A stretch of DNA of 63,500 nucleotides, counting the filler, from Octopus bimaculoides (lineage: Eukaryota): NCBI RefSeq assembly GCF_001194135.2. It is 8 parts of 7 records of this genome, joined end to end, with 100 filler letters (N's around TTAATTAATTAA, not from the genome) between each part and the next. Parts side by side here need not be neighbours in the genome. Positions count along the whole stretch, not along the records: positions 36,632 to 39,467 come from NC_068982.1; positions 39,568 to 43,110 come from NC_068987.1; positions 43,211 to 49,045 come from NC_068990.1; positions 49,146 to 62,340 come from NC_069000.1; 4 more parts are not named here. One strand, 5' to 3'. The notes below the pieces were generated by a model. That model was not told the DNA's origin. It did no database searches and worked only from the letters and a program-made list of their open reading frames with translations. This document shows, one piece after another, positions 38,140-51,413 of the stretch. Every line of letters begins with the position of its first letter. Position 1 is the first letter of the stretch. The position numbers and the translations under genes are program-made.

Positions 38140-38895
38140 CATATACATCTCTTCGCCTCGAAAGGATGAAAGGTAAAGTCGACCTGGGCAGAATTTCAAC
38201 TCAGAACGTAAAGACAGACGAAATGCCTCTAAGCATTTCGCCTGGCATGCTAACGTTTCTGCCTGCTTGCCACCTTGTAAATATTTGATATATCCTTTTC
38301 TACTCAAGGCACAAGGTCCGAAATTTTCGGAGAAGGGGCACAGTCGATTATATCGACCCTAATACGCAACTGGTACTTAATTTATCGACCCCGAAAGGAT
38401 GAAAGGCAAAGTAGACCGGCGGAATTTGAACTCAGAACGTAAAGACAGACGAAACACCGTTAAGCAGTTCGCCCGGCATGCTAACGTTTCTTATTTCTTT
38501 ATTGTCCACAAGGGACTAAACATAGAGGGGACAAACAAGGACATTACATCGACCCCAGTGCGTAACTGGTACTTAATTTATCAACCTCTAAAGGATGAAA
38601 GGCAAAGTCGACCTCGGCAGAATTTGAACTCAGAACGTAACACCAGATGGGATACCGCAAAGCATTTCGGCTGGTGTGCTAACGATTCTTATTTCTTTAC
38701 TACCGGGACAAACAAGGTCAGACAAACGGATTAAGTCGATTATATTGACCCCAGTGCGTAACTGGTACTTATTTAATCGACCCCCAATGAATAAAAGGCA
38801 AAGTCGGCAGAATTTGAACTCAGAACGTAACACCAGACGGGATACCGCAAAGCATTTCGGCTGGTGTGCTAACGATTCTGCCAGCTCGCCGCCTT
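38140..38895 (-). mobile_element. Four head-to-tail SINE S3 copies
   Basis: Units at about 38140-38280, 38295-38490, 38491-38689 and 38690-38895. Confidence 0.88.
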
Positions 38896-39741
38896 TAGCA
38901 GTGCTAGTAATACGTTCGCAACAGTTAACGGCCAGTATAGCCTAGCGGTTGCCTAGTAGAACGTAGCAGACACCAGAGTAGAAAGTGAGTGAAACTCGTG
39001 CAGCAAATGAACGATTAAAGTTTACAACATGCATTGAATAACACCTTTTTATCTGTATCATATCTAACCCAACCCGTACATACATCCATCTATCCATCCA
39101 TCCATCCATCCATCCATCCATCCATTCAGCTAGCCAGCCAGCCAGCCAGCCGGCCATACATACATACATACGTGCACACTTACAGTCATAAACGCATACA
39201 CACACACAACATACACATATATGTATATACAACCAGTGTTGTCATAAGATATGGACACACAGAGCATTTTCCCAACGGCCTCACGTATCTGTGGACTCAA
39301 TTCTGATCTAAGTATGCTTTGTCTTGCTGTCGATAAATAAATAGCATAGGGCCCAGTACATTGATTCACTCGGGAGCCTACCATATTACAAAGGAGACCC
39401 TGTATTCGATGTGCATATATATAATGTGATGTGCGCGTGTGTGCATGTGTGTGTGCACATATATATANNNNNNNNNNNNNNNNNNNNNNNNNNNNNNNNN
39501 NNNNNNNNNNNTTAATTAATTAANNNNNNNNNNNNNNNNNNNNNNNNNNNNNNNNNNNNNNNNNNNNATATATATATACATATATATATATATACATATA
39601 CATATATATACATACATATACATATATGTATATATTTATGGATGTATGTAAATGTATGTGGATATCTATGTAATATGTATATGCATCTATATCTATGTAT
39701 ATGAATATGCATATATAAATTTATGTGCATATATATACATG

Positions 39742-39778
<37 letters not shown>

Positions 39779-40227
39779 TGTATACATATGCATATATATG
39801 TATGTGTATATATGTGCATGTGTATTTATAGCATGCATATACGTGTGTGTATATAAATATGTATGTATGTATGGTTATTCACACACCTCTGTGGATATGT
39901 ATATTTATATACACGTACATGCGAACACAAACACACACACTCACATCCACACACATACACAGACACATACCACACACACACACACTCACATCCACACACA
40001 TACACAGACACATACCACACACACACACACACACACACATGAATATGTATCTATGCACGCATGTATACCTACATATGTAATTATTTTTGTCTGCTTCTAT
40101 GTATGTATGCATATACCTATGTTTGCATTTGAAGACACACACACACAAGACACACACACACACAAGTACACACACAAGTCCACACACACACATATACACA
40201 CACAAACACACACATACAACATGCACG

Positions 40228-40278
<51 letters not shown>

Positions 40279-40614
40279 TCATACCCATTCACACACACAC
40301 ACACTCACACTCTAACAGAAACGTATTTATAACACACAAATAATAAACAAGATTCATTTTGCTTTTATAAGTCAACCATATTGATTTCTTCGTTGGCAAA
40401 AGACTATATTATATAAACAATATTGATTTCTTCTAGCTAAACAAAAGGCCATTCTTTTGTATATGGACGATTAAACTGACCTCAGTATTTTACTGGTACG
40501 TATTCTAAAGGTAAAACTTGACCCTGGATGTTCTGATCAATTACTCTTCACTTAACCATTATTAATTTGTATTTTTTCTAGGTTATACGTTCGCGTTTAA
40601 TAATAATGACAATA

Positions 40615-40810
40615 ATAATGGTTTCAAATTTTGGAACAGAGCCAGGGAGTTTTTTGAATGGGGGTGAAGTCTTATTTTATCGACATCGAAAAGAATTTAA
40701 AGGCAAAGTCGACCTCGGCGGAATTTGAACTCAGGACGTAAGGACGGACGGAATGCTGCGAAGGTTTTTCGCTTGGCTTGCTAACGATTCTGACAGCTTG
40801 CCGACTCTGA
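40615..40810 (-). mobile_element. SINE S3
   Basis: AAAGGCAAAGTCGACCTCGGCGGAATTTGAACTC core. Confidence 0.8.
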
Positions 40811-41022
40811 CAATGATTTCAAGTTTTAGCGCAAAGGGCAGTGCCGTAGCATGGCCGAAGTCTAATGACAGAAACAAGCAAAAGATAAAAGATGCATATT
40901 TTTTCTCGCAACTTTTCAGATCTTACTGAACGATCGCAGTAATGTGAAACTTGCATCACGAAAGACGGAAATCATTTCAAATATACTGCTTACACAACGC
41001 GTACGCGCAGATGCAAGCGTAG

Positions 41023-41062
<40 letters not shown>

Positions 41063-42108
41063 CTCACGCGCGCGCGCGCGCAAACACACACATTCACATG
41101 CACCACGCACACACCACATGCAAACGCACACACGCTCACATATACACATACACACAGGCAAACATACAGGGACGTACACACAAAGCCACGTGCGCACGCA
41201 CGCACAAACCTACACGCACACACACACTCACTCATATACACATATATGCACCACACACGCATATGTCAAACACAAGCATACACGCTCACATACAGACACA
41301 CACACACAAACACACATTCACGCACACAAACGTATGCACATTCAGACACACACACATACAAACACACATACACACATACACACACATACACACATACACA
41401 CACACACATACAGACTCACATGCAGACACACACACACGCGCACACACACAAACAAACACACACACACTCACGCACACACACGTACGCACACACACGTACG
41501 CACACACGCTCACACGTACATACATTTCAGTAAGATGGCGTAAGACAACAAACACAGCAGGCTTCTAGTAGGTGTGTTCTGCCCCACATGCATCTATATA
41601 GTTATGTAAACATACACACATACAAATATGTATATGCACGTACAATAAACAGGGTTCGTTTTTGACGTCTCTGAGTTCATTCGCCTTTTGGCAGGTTTTG
41701 TTTTTCATTCCGCAGTGTGTATGAGAAAGCTACCTTCCTCACCAAACGAGTCTTCTTTGAGGATCATAGTTCAGTCACCAACGACCCAACTGTGCAACAA
41801 GTTGTTCTGAATTACATGTTATAAATAGCGCGACCTGACATACATGAATATGTATGTAAGCAAGTATGTATGTATGTATGTATGTATGTATGTATGTATG
41901 TATGTATGTATGTATGTATATATGTATATATGTATGTATGTATGTATGTATGTGTGTTTGCATGTATGGATGTATGCATATATGTATGTATGTACGTATG
42001 CACGTACGTAAGTACATTCGTACGTACGTACGTTTCTATGGACGGATGGATGCTGGTAGGTAGGTAGGTAGGTAGGTAGGTAGGTTGGTTGGTTGGTATA
42101 TGTATGTA

Positions 42109-42355
42109 TTGGGTTGGTGCATAAATATTGCGGCTTGTTTTCAACAAATTTTATTCAACAAAAACAATAACAATATTTAACAAAAACATCTTTAAATGAC
42201 GGTCTGACCGTCTGCCAAGCAAATGGTAAGCAGTAATTGAAGTAGATCGTGAATCTGCTCCGGAATAATAATTTAAATATGTTTTTGTTACATGTTGTTA
42301 TTGTTTTTGTTGAATAAAATTTTCAGAAAGCCGCAATAAGTATGCACCAATCCAA
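42109..42355. mobile_element. mariner-type MITE (247 bp)
   Basis: About 70-bp imperfect TIRs starting TTGGGTTGGTGCATA, with TA flanks (42107-42108, 42356-42357). Confidence 0.9.
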
Positions 42356-44513
42356 TATATTTATCTATATGTGTTTGCGTGTGTGTGTGTGTGTGTGCCT
42401 GTGTGCGTGTGCGTGCGTGCATGCATACATGCATGCATGCATGTATGTATGTATGTATGTATGTATGTATGTGTGTGTATGTGCGTGCGTACGTGTGTAT
42501 GTATGTACGTATGTATGTATGTTATGTATGTGTTTGTGTAAACATGCATGTATGTATGTATGTACGTACGTACGCACGTCCGTAAGTACATACGTACGTA
42601 CGTATAGATGGATGGATGCTGGTAAGGAGGTATGTATAAATATTTATGTATGTGTGTGTGCGTGTGTGTACATGGGTGGATGAATATCGATATATACGTA
42701 CACTGGGTGGATAAATACTTATATCATTATATTTGCATACATTCATATATATATATATTCATATTTATTTTCATACTTAAATACATTTATACACACGTCT
42801 ATACACACACGTGTGTGCCCTGTCACAAAACCCATGTTGTGAGATAAAAATCGAATTAAATTTGGAAGAGGAATAAAAATTAAACAAAGAAAACAATTGA
42901 ATATTATAAAAAAAAAATCAAAATAGAAAATGTAATTTAAATTTTATATGTAACTTCATAATTCTAGTATTTACAGAATTTCAGTTCGAATTTAAAATTC
43001 AATTTCTCCATCTCAACTCCTTTTGTTATTTATAACTTCTAAAAATAATTCTGTTTCATGAATTTAATAAAACAAAATCTAACATAAAAAAAAATAAATA
43101 AATAATCCTCNNNNNNNNNNNNNNNNNNNNNNNNNNNNNNNNNNNNNNNNNNNNTTAATTAATTAANNNNNNNNNNNNNNNNNNNNNNNNNNNNNNNNNN
43201 NNNNNNNNNNATATATATATATATATATACATGTGTGTGTGAGTATATGTGTATACATATATATGTACGTATATACATATAAATATTTGAGAGTTTATTT
43301 TTATTTATGCATCCAGCTATATATGTATGCATAGATATGTTTACACACAACACATAAATATATATATATCTGTGTGCGTATGTGTGTGTACGTGTGTGTG
43401 TGTGGTGTGTGTGCATGTGTGTGTGTGTGCTTGTGTGCATGTGTGTGTTTGTGTGTGATTGTGTGGTATATTTGTGTGTTCCTGCGTCTTATTTTTATGA
43501 ACACGGTTTACAGAAAAAAAACCTAGTTACTTAATACCTTAGGTAGTAGTGTATATGTATATATTGCTGTAAAGTAACTTTTTCACATACATGTATATTT
43601 ATACATATATGTATGTGTATATATACATATATATATATANNNNNNNNNNNNNNNNNNNNNNNNNNNNNNNNNNNNNNNNNNNNNNNNNNNNNNNNNNNNN
43701 NNNNNNNNNNNNNNNNNNNNNNNNNNNNNNNNNNNNNNNNNNNNNNNNNNNNNNNNNNNNNNNNNNNNNNNNNNNNNNNNNNNNNNNNNNNNNNNNNNNN
43801 NNNNNNNNNNNNNNNNNNNNNNNNNNNNNNNNNNNNNNNNNNNNNNNNNNNNNNNNNNNNNNNNNNNNNNNNNNNNNNNNNNNNNNNNNNNNNNNNNNNN
43901 NNNNNNNNNNNNNNNNNNNNNNNNNNNNNNNNNNNNNNNNNNNNNNNNNNNNNNNNNNNNNNNNNNNNNNNNNNNNNNNNNNNNNNNNNNNNNNNNNNNN
44001 NNNNNNNNNNNNNNNNNNNNNNNNNNNNNNNNNNNNNNNNNNNNNNNNNNNNNNNNNNNNNNNNNNNNNNNNNNNNNNNNNNNNNNNNNNNNNNNNNNNN
44101 NNNNNNNNNNNNNNNNNNNNNNNNNNNNNNNNNNNNNNNNNNNNNNNNNNNNNNNNNNNNNNNNNNNNNNNNNNNNNNNNNNNNNNNNNNNNNNNNNNNN
44201 NNNNNNNNNNNNNNNNNNNNNNNNNNNNNNNNNNNNNNNNNNNNNNNNNNNNNNNNNNNNNNNNNNNNNNNNNNNNNNNNNNNNNNNNNNNNNNNNNNNN
44301 NNNNNNNNNNNNNNNNNNNNNNNNNNNNNNNNNNNNNNNNNNNNNNNNNNNNNNNNNNNNNNNNNNNNNNNNNNNNNNNNNNNNNNNNNNNNNNNNNNNN
44401 NNNNNNNNNNNNNNNNNNNNNNNNNNNNNNNNNNNNNNNNNTATATATACATATATACATATACATACATATATATCCGTATATATATTTACATATACAT
44501 ATTACATACATAC

Positions 44514-44563
<50 letters not shown>

Positions 44564-46234
44564 GTGTGTGTGAGAGTTTCTAACATTATTAGATAATAAT
44601 TATAATAACACACATATGTTGGACTCTGGTGCATTACTCGAACGCGACCCAAAGAAGGACGCATTTTATGATTTACGGAAACTTGCATTGTGTGCCAGTA
44701 CAGTATAAGTGCAGCACTTTGCTGTTGATCTTTCACTTCCTTTATTGCTGTCGTGTTTAATGGATTTTGTATATATTTTCATGCAAACTTCTTATTTTCC
44801 CACCTAACAATGCCTCTGTCTTAAATAAATCTATATTTTTCATTTGTTATTTGTGTTAAAAATACTTCAGGATAATTGCAAATGATATTCTTTGTTGTAT
44901 CCTTTAATTAGCCCCAAGTGAGCCATTATCTAGTAGGTCTATACTGCCACGTGTTCTCCCGAACCTACACTCTGTTTATTCATTTAATGTATATTTAGGA
45001 TTATATAATTACGTGTGCCTTTATTTTTTTTCTAACTCGATAGTGCTGGATTTGAGGGAGATCTTGCTGGTATTTCTAACAGGTTGAGTGACCGCGTGGA
45101 TCTCCACCTTCCGTTGCTTGTGAAGTTTCGTGTGCTTGTGTTTGTCTTTCTCTCGAATATGAACTACTCAAGAAATCAATAGTGATCGAAATCTTTATTT
45201 CTGATTGGGCACAGTTCCAATGTTATGATGTTGTTGAAAAGTGGATCGGGGTAAGTATTAGCGTTGAATGAATTCACAGGCTCTCCTCTTGGTCTAGTAA
45301 ATTACAGGTATATTTTAATTTAATTTTCACCACTAAGTAATCTTGATGAAATGAACGAGGAACAACATAGTGAGACTAAGTTAATACTGAAATATTTTTT
45401 AACACACATGTAATAGGAAAGAGAGAGAGAGACAGAGAAAGAGAGAGACACAGAGAGACGGAGAGATGGCTGGGAGGAGATAATGACGGAATTTATGTCG
45501 TACCAACAAATAACATCTGTCTCTAGCGAAGGTATCAGCCCTATTCCATAAAGATTTCTATATTTCTGTCAGTACCACTAATTCATTCCATTTGTTTAAA
45601 CTTTAAATCAAATTTCAGTTAGTAGAAGTTTTTTCTGCGTGTTTGAAAAGTTTTAGGTTTTGTGAAAGAATATAAATGTCTGATAGATTCGATTTTAAGG
45701 TGTAACCTACTCTTAAAAGTCGACCAGGAAAAAAAAAATGAAAAGAAAAAAAAATGACAGCAATAATAACAAAAATAGCAGCTTCAGCAAGAATTATTCG
45801 GAAAGCATTCAATGCAAAATAAGAAGTTAAGAAAAAGGGAAAAAATATCTTCCATATAGAAGTTATAAAATGCTCCTCATCCCAGACTACGATTGTTGGA
45901 AAGGTAAGCAAAAATAAACAGCACATCATCAGTTCTTTGAAGCGATAGAATATAATGGTAGTAATAACAATAGTTTCTATCCTACAAATAACTTCAGTGA
46001 TTTAGGGGAGAGAATGACAGATTAAAATTAACCTTGGTATTTAACTGGTACTTAAAATATAGTATCTGATATAGGAACAAAGTGAAATATCGTTTTTTGA
46101 CTGTCATTGACATGAACTGCTGTACCGGACAAATGCCATATTTAGATTAAAAGAACAACGACGCTGCTACTACTGAAGCTGATGATGATGATGACAACGA
46201 CACTAATAATGATGATGACGCTGACGATAATAAT

Positions 46235-46442
46235 GGTTTCAAATTTTGGCACGGGCTGCAATTTCGGGGGAGGAGGCTAAGTCGATTAAATCGACCTCAA
46301 TATTCAACTGGTACTTATTTCATCAATCCCGAAAGGATGAAAGGCAAAAATCGACCGCGGTGGAATTTGAACTCATAACGTAATGACACACGAAATACCG
46401 CTAAACATTTCGCGTGCTAACGTTTCAGCCAGCTCGCCGCCT
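46235..46442 (-). mobile_element. SINE S3, near full length
   Basis: Head GGCGGCGAGCTGG through to the AATTTGAAACC tail. Confidence 0.85.
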
Positions 46443-46901
46443 TATATAATACAATAAATGATGATAAAAATCATTTTTTTCCCCAGTTATTTAGGCAGTT
46501 CGGGCAGATACATTCAATATCAGGTGTAGATATTATTACATTGTTACATATTACATGTTGGTGGTAGCGGTGATAGTGATAGTTGCGGTGGTAGTGATGG
46601 TTGCGGCGGTAGTTAGAATAACATGGAGTTGAGGGAACAAGAGAAAGTTATATAAAAACAAGGCAGGTAGGTTAGGGATGTTGTACAAAGAAGACTCTTT
46701 AAACATTTTGTGTAAAATATGAGAAGACATAAATATAACATACATTAGATAATATATATAATAAACGTTTCGAATAACTGGACTGGTGGGGATATTTACA
46801 AGTAAAGGTTACAAAATTTGCGGCTAGGGGTTTACAGAGAAATTCGATGTTGTTATTGTTACACTTACGTCTATGTACTGAGTACCAGTGTCTCAACAAT
46901 A

Positions 46902-46934
<33 letters not shown>

Positions 46935-47125
46935 GGGAGAATATACAAATAATAACAACAGACGAGGACAGGTGGTGTAAATAACAAAAGTATATATTAG
47001 TATGACGCTCGGGAATACGGAAAGTCTTTGACGTTTCGAGCTACGCTCTTCAACAGAAAGAATACGGAGACAAGGAGAAAAACACGGAGAAAAAAAATTG
47101 AATAGTGTTCAGTCAACGGTCAATC
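46935..47125 (-). mobile_element. ~190-nt HHR-bearing repeat (solo pLTR/retrozyme-like) within (TA)n
   Basis: Reverse complement is about 93% identical to 52664-52851; (TA)n on both sides. Confidence 0.8.
47025..47061 (-). ncRNA. Minimal type I hammerhead, U6 variant
   Basis: TCTTT-CTGTTGA-A-GAGC(GTA)GCTC-GAA-ACGT-C-AAAGA: perfect 5-bp stem I, 4-bp stem II, GUC cleavage triplet. Confidence 0.7.
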
Positions 47126-47978
47126 ATATATATATATATATGTATATATATANNNNNNNNNNNNNNNNNNNNNNNNNNNNNNNNNNNNNNNNNNNNNNNN
47201 NNNNNNNNNNNNNNNNNNNNNNNNNNNNNNNNNNNNNNNNNNNNNNNNNNNNNNNNNNNNNNNNNNNNNNNNNNNNNNNNNNNNNNNNNNNNNNNNNNNN
47301 NNNNNNNNNNNNNNNNNNNNNNNNNNNNNNNNNNNNNNNNNNNNNNNNNNNNNNNNNNNNNNNNNNNNNNNNNNNNNNNNNNNNNNNNNNNNNNNNNNNN
47401 NNNNNNNNNNNNNNNNNNNNNNNNNNNNNNNNNNNNNNNNNNNNNNNNNNNNNNNNNNNNNNNNNNNNNNNNNNNNNNNNNNNNNNNNNNNNNNNNNNNN
47501 NNNNNNNNNNNNNNNNNNNNNNNNNNNNNNNNNNNNNNNNNNNNNNNNNNNNNNNNNNNNNNNNNNNNNNNNNNNNNNNNNNNNNNNNNNNNNNNNNNNN
47601 NNNNNNNNNNNNNNNNNNNNNNNNNNNNNNNNNNNNNNNNNNNNNNNNNNNNNNNNNNNNNNNNNNNNNNNNNNNNNNNNNNNNNNNNNNNNNNNNNNNN
47701 NNNNNNNNNNNNNNNNNNNNNNNNNNNNNNNNNNNNNNNNNNNNNNNNNNNNNNNNNNNNNNNNNNNNNNNNNNNNNNNNNNNNNNNNNNNNNNNNNNNN
47801 NNNNNNNNNNNNNNNNNNNNNNNNNNNNNNNNNNNNNNNNNNNNNNNNNNNNNNNNNNNNNNNNNNNNNNNNNNNNNNNNNNNNNNNNNNNNNNNNNNNN
47901 NNNNNNNNNNNNNNNNNNNNNNNNNNNNNNNNNNNNNNNNNNNNNNNNNNNNNNNNNNNNNNNNNNNNNNNNNNNNNN

Positions 47979-48048
<70 letters not shown>

Positions 48049-48177
48049 TGTATGTATATATATTTAAAATCCTAGGAAGATGGCAATTCCCTACAACTAT
48101 TCTATTTGCTTACGGATCGATCCAGGTTTTACTCTGAGTACCAAGGGTTAACTACTACTGCTACTACTACTACTAAT

Positions 48178-48545
48178 GATTTCAAATTTTGGCACAAGGT
48201 TCGTAATTTTGGGAAGGCGGGTTTAGTGGATTACATAAACCCCAGTGTTTAAGTAATACTTATTCTATCGACCCAGAAGAGATGAAAGGCAAAGTCGACT
48301 TGGGGGAAATTGAACTCAGAACGTTAAGACCGACGAAATGCCGTTAAGCATTTTCCCCGACATTGCCAACATTTCTGTCAGCTAATAATAATAATGATCC
48401 TTTCTACTATAGGCAGAAGGCCTCAAATCTTGGTAAGGAGGGAGGGGATGCTGGTTGATTACATCAAACCCAATGATGGACTGGTACTCTAGTACTTATT
48501 TTATTGACCCCGAAATGGATGAAAGGTTAAGTTGACCTCGGTGGT
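48178..48545 (-). mobile_element. Two SINE S3 copies/fragments
   Basis: S3 core at about 48178-48385 and 48400-48545. Confidence 0.75.
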
Positions 48546-48990
48546 AGAGAACTCTGAATGATATATTAAAAAAAACAAAAAACAAAAAAAAGCAACTACA
48601 ACCCCCCCNNNNNNNNNNAAAAAAAACTCGATGAAGATAACATAGATGGTCTCAGTAAATAACGGAAGTAAATCAGCGGAGCAATCGAGACATGATAATA
48701 GATCGATCGACATGCTAGAAACAGCAGCCACACCAAGCTTTGACCACATCCTAAAACCTTATTTTAGAGGCAAGTGCAAGAGTGAATAGCTATAGTGTGA
48801 CCCCTAGATGGACTGCTTCCTGGCATCCGTTACTCGAAGACTCTCAGAATTGTAAAATATAAGGACGTGGTTCCCAAATTCAGAGCCTTGATTCAAGCTT
48901 TACTTGATCAGGGCTAACTTGAGATAACTTATATCAAAACTAACAACAGCAACATATGTGTGTATGTTTACGTTTATATATATACATACA

Positions 48991-49045
<55 letters not shown>

Positions 49046-49178
49046 NNNNNNNNNNNNNNNNNNNNNNNNNNNNNNNNNNNNNNNNNNNNTTAATTAATTA
49101 ANNNNNNNNNNNNNNNNNNNNNNNNNNNNNNNNNNNNNNNNNNNNTTGGTTGACGGAAACTGAAAAAAGACTGTTGTG

Positions 49179-49233
<55 letters not shown>

Positions 49234-50789
49234 ATGCATATATTTATGAATTACGTATGTGTGTGCGTATCTTTGTATCTGTGCTTCTCCATCAACACCG
49301 CTTGATAACCGGTGTTGGCGTAGTTGTTCCCGTAATATAGCTGCCCAATACTAGTCTTAAGAAAATTAAGTCCTGAGGGCGGTTTATTGGGCTAAAACTT
49401 TCAAGGCTAATACCAAACAGTACAGCATGCCATTTCCAAATGAATTGCGTCAGGGTGCTGTTTTTTTCACACACGGTGCCCAATTGAACCTACTATAGTG
49501 TCTAGTTGATAAAATCAAGAACAAACATGCATTAAATTAAAAATATCAGACGGCAGCAATTTATCTATCGCACCCTGTATACACACACACACACACACAC
49601 ANNNNNNNNNNNNNNNNNNNNNNNNNNNNNNNNNNNNNNNNNNNNNNNNNNNNNNNNNNNNNNNNNNNNNNNNNNNNNNNNNNNNNNNNNNNNNNNNNNN
49701 NNNNNNNNNNNNNNNNNNNNNNNNNNNNNNNNNNNNNNNNNNNNNNNNNNNNNNNNNNNNNNNNNNNNNNNNNNNNNNNNNNNNNNNNNNNNNNNNNNNN
49801 NNNNNNNNNNNNNNNNNNNNNNNNNNNNNNNNNNNNNNNNNNNNNNNNNNNNNNNNNNNNNNNNNNNNNNNNNNNNNNNNNNNNNNNNNNNNNNNNNNNN
49901 NNNNNNNNNNNNNNNNNNNNNNNNNNNNNNNNNNNNNNNNNNNNNNNNNNNNNNNNNNNNNNNNNNNNNNNNNNNNNNNNNNNNNNNNNNNNNNNNNNNN
50001 NNNNNNNNNNNNNNNNNNNNNNNNNNNNNNNNNNNNNNNNNNNNNNNNNNNNNNNNNNNNNNNNNNNNNNNNNNNNNNNNNNNNNNNNNNNNNNNNNNNN
50101 NNNNNNNNNNNNNNNNNNNNNNNNNNNNNNNNNNNNNNNNNNNNNNNNNNNNNNNNNNNNNNNNNNNNNNNNNNNNNNNNNNNNNNNNNNNNNNNNNNNN
50201 NNNNNNNNNNNNNNNNNNNNNNNNNNNNNNNNNNNNNNNNNNNNNNNNNNNNNNNNNNNNNNNNNNNNNNNNNNNNNNNNNNNNTGTGTGTGTGTGTGCG
50301 TGCGTGTGTGTGCGTGTCTGTGTGTCCAGAATTACGCCGGACGCAGAGGAGGAGTGAAAATATTAGTTTAGTGAAGGAGAAGTAGAGAGGGTAATAACCC
50401 TGACTGTAAGGGAGTGAGAGAAAGTAATAGCAATGAGAGAAAGGAAGGGGTGATACATGAATCAGGAAGGAAGGGGTGAATAAAAAATCAGCGTTTCAAT
50501 TCTGTGTAAGTATGTGGGTGTATGTGTGTGCGTGTACATGGGAAGTATGTGAAAATGTGTATGTGTGATTATTATGTACCTTAATTAGTTCCTTATTTAT
50601 ATACTAAATACTACAATTAGCCGTCATTTTTAACGGCACATGATCAGCTACTACATATATATATATTTCACCGTCATGTGTATCTAAGGTTCGTTTTGAG
50701 GTATATCTTAAGCAAATAATAAAACGAACATCAACAAAGAAAGAATGGCTTTCTGTTTCAGTCAAGAGTCATTGATTTATTTCTGTATA

Positions 50790-50950
50790 TTTGTGTGTAG
50801 ACTGGTGTGTAAACAACAAGCAGATGTATTAGTTTAACGCTCGGGAGGTGAGAAAGTCTTTTACGTTTCGAGCCTACGCTCTTCAACAGAGAGGAACACA
50901 GAAATAAGCAGAGGGAGAGAAAATAAAAAATAGGTTTAGTGGCTATAGAT
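50790..50950 (-). mobile_element. Diverged copy of the HHR-bearing repeat family
   Basis: CTGTTGA-A-GAGC(GTAG)GCTC-GAA-ACGT-A-AAAGA at 50857-50889; stem I has two mismatches. Confidence 0.75.
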
Positions 50951-51201
50951 AAACATATACGTATGTGTGTGTATATATGTGTGTATACATGCATGTGATA
51001 GTGTGTATCCTCTGCCACCTGTCATACTGTTTATTCATTGTAAAAGTTTGCAAATCTCATCTTTATGTATTTGTATGTCTGTGTGTAGACGCGAATATCT
51101 GTAAGTGAGGACATCAGACCGACCATATAAGTATGCATGTGTCTCTTTCTTTATATATATATATTTGTATGTGTGTATGTGCGTATGTATGTATGTGCGT
51201 A

Positions 51202-51282
<81 letters not shown>

Positions 51283-51374
51283 NNNNNNNNNNNNNNNNNN
51301 NNNNNNNNNNNNNNNNNNNNNNNNNNNNNNNNNNNNNNNNNNNNNNNNNNNNNNNNNNNNNNNNNNNNNNNNNN

Positions 51375-51413
<39 letters not shown>

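Noticed and set aside
38140-38895. Repeat-spacer-like periodicity (CRISPR?)
   Set aside because: Units are ~200-bp SINE copies without unique spacers; eukaryotic context and no cas genes.
39798-44736. His/Thr- and Cys/Val-rich ORFs and ORFs crossing N gaps
   Set aside because: (CA)n/(TA)n repeats and unknown bases read through as X.
45615-45929. 'PTIVVWDEEHF' resembling the POMT 'VVFDEVHFG' motif
   Set aside because: No following conserved residues, and the rest of the ORF is low complexity; chance match.
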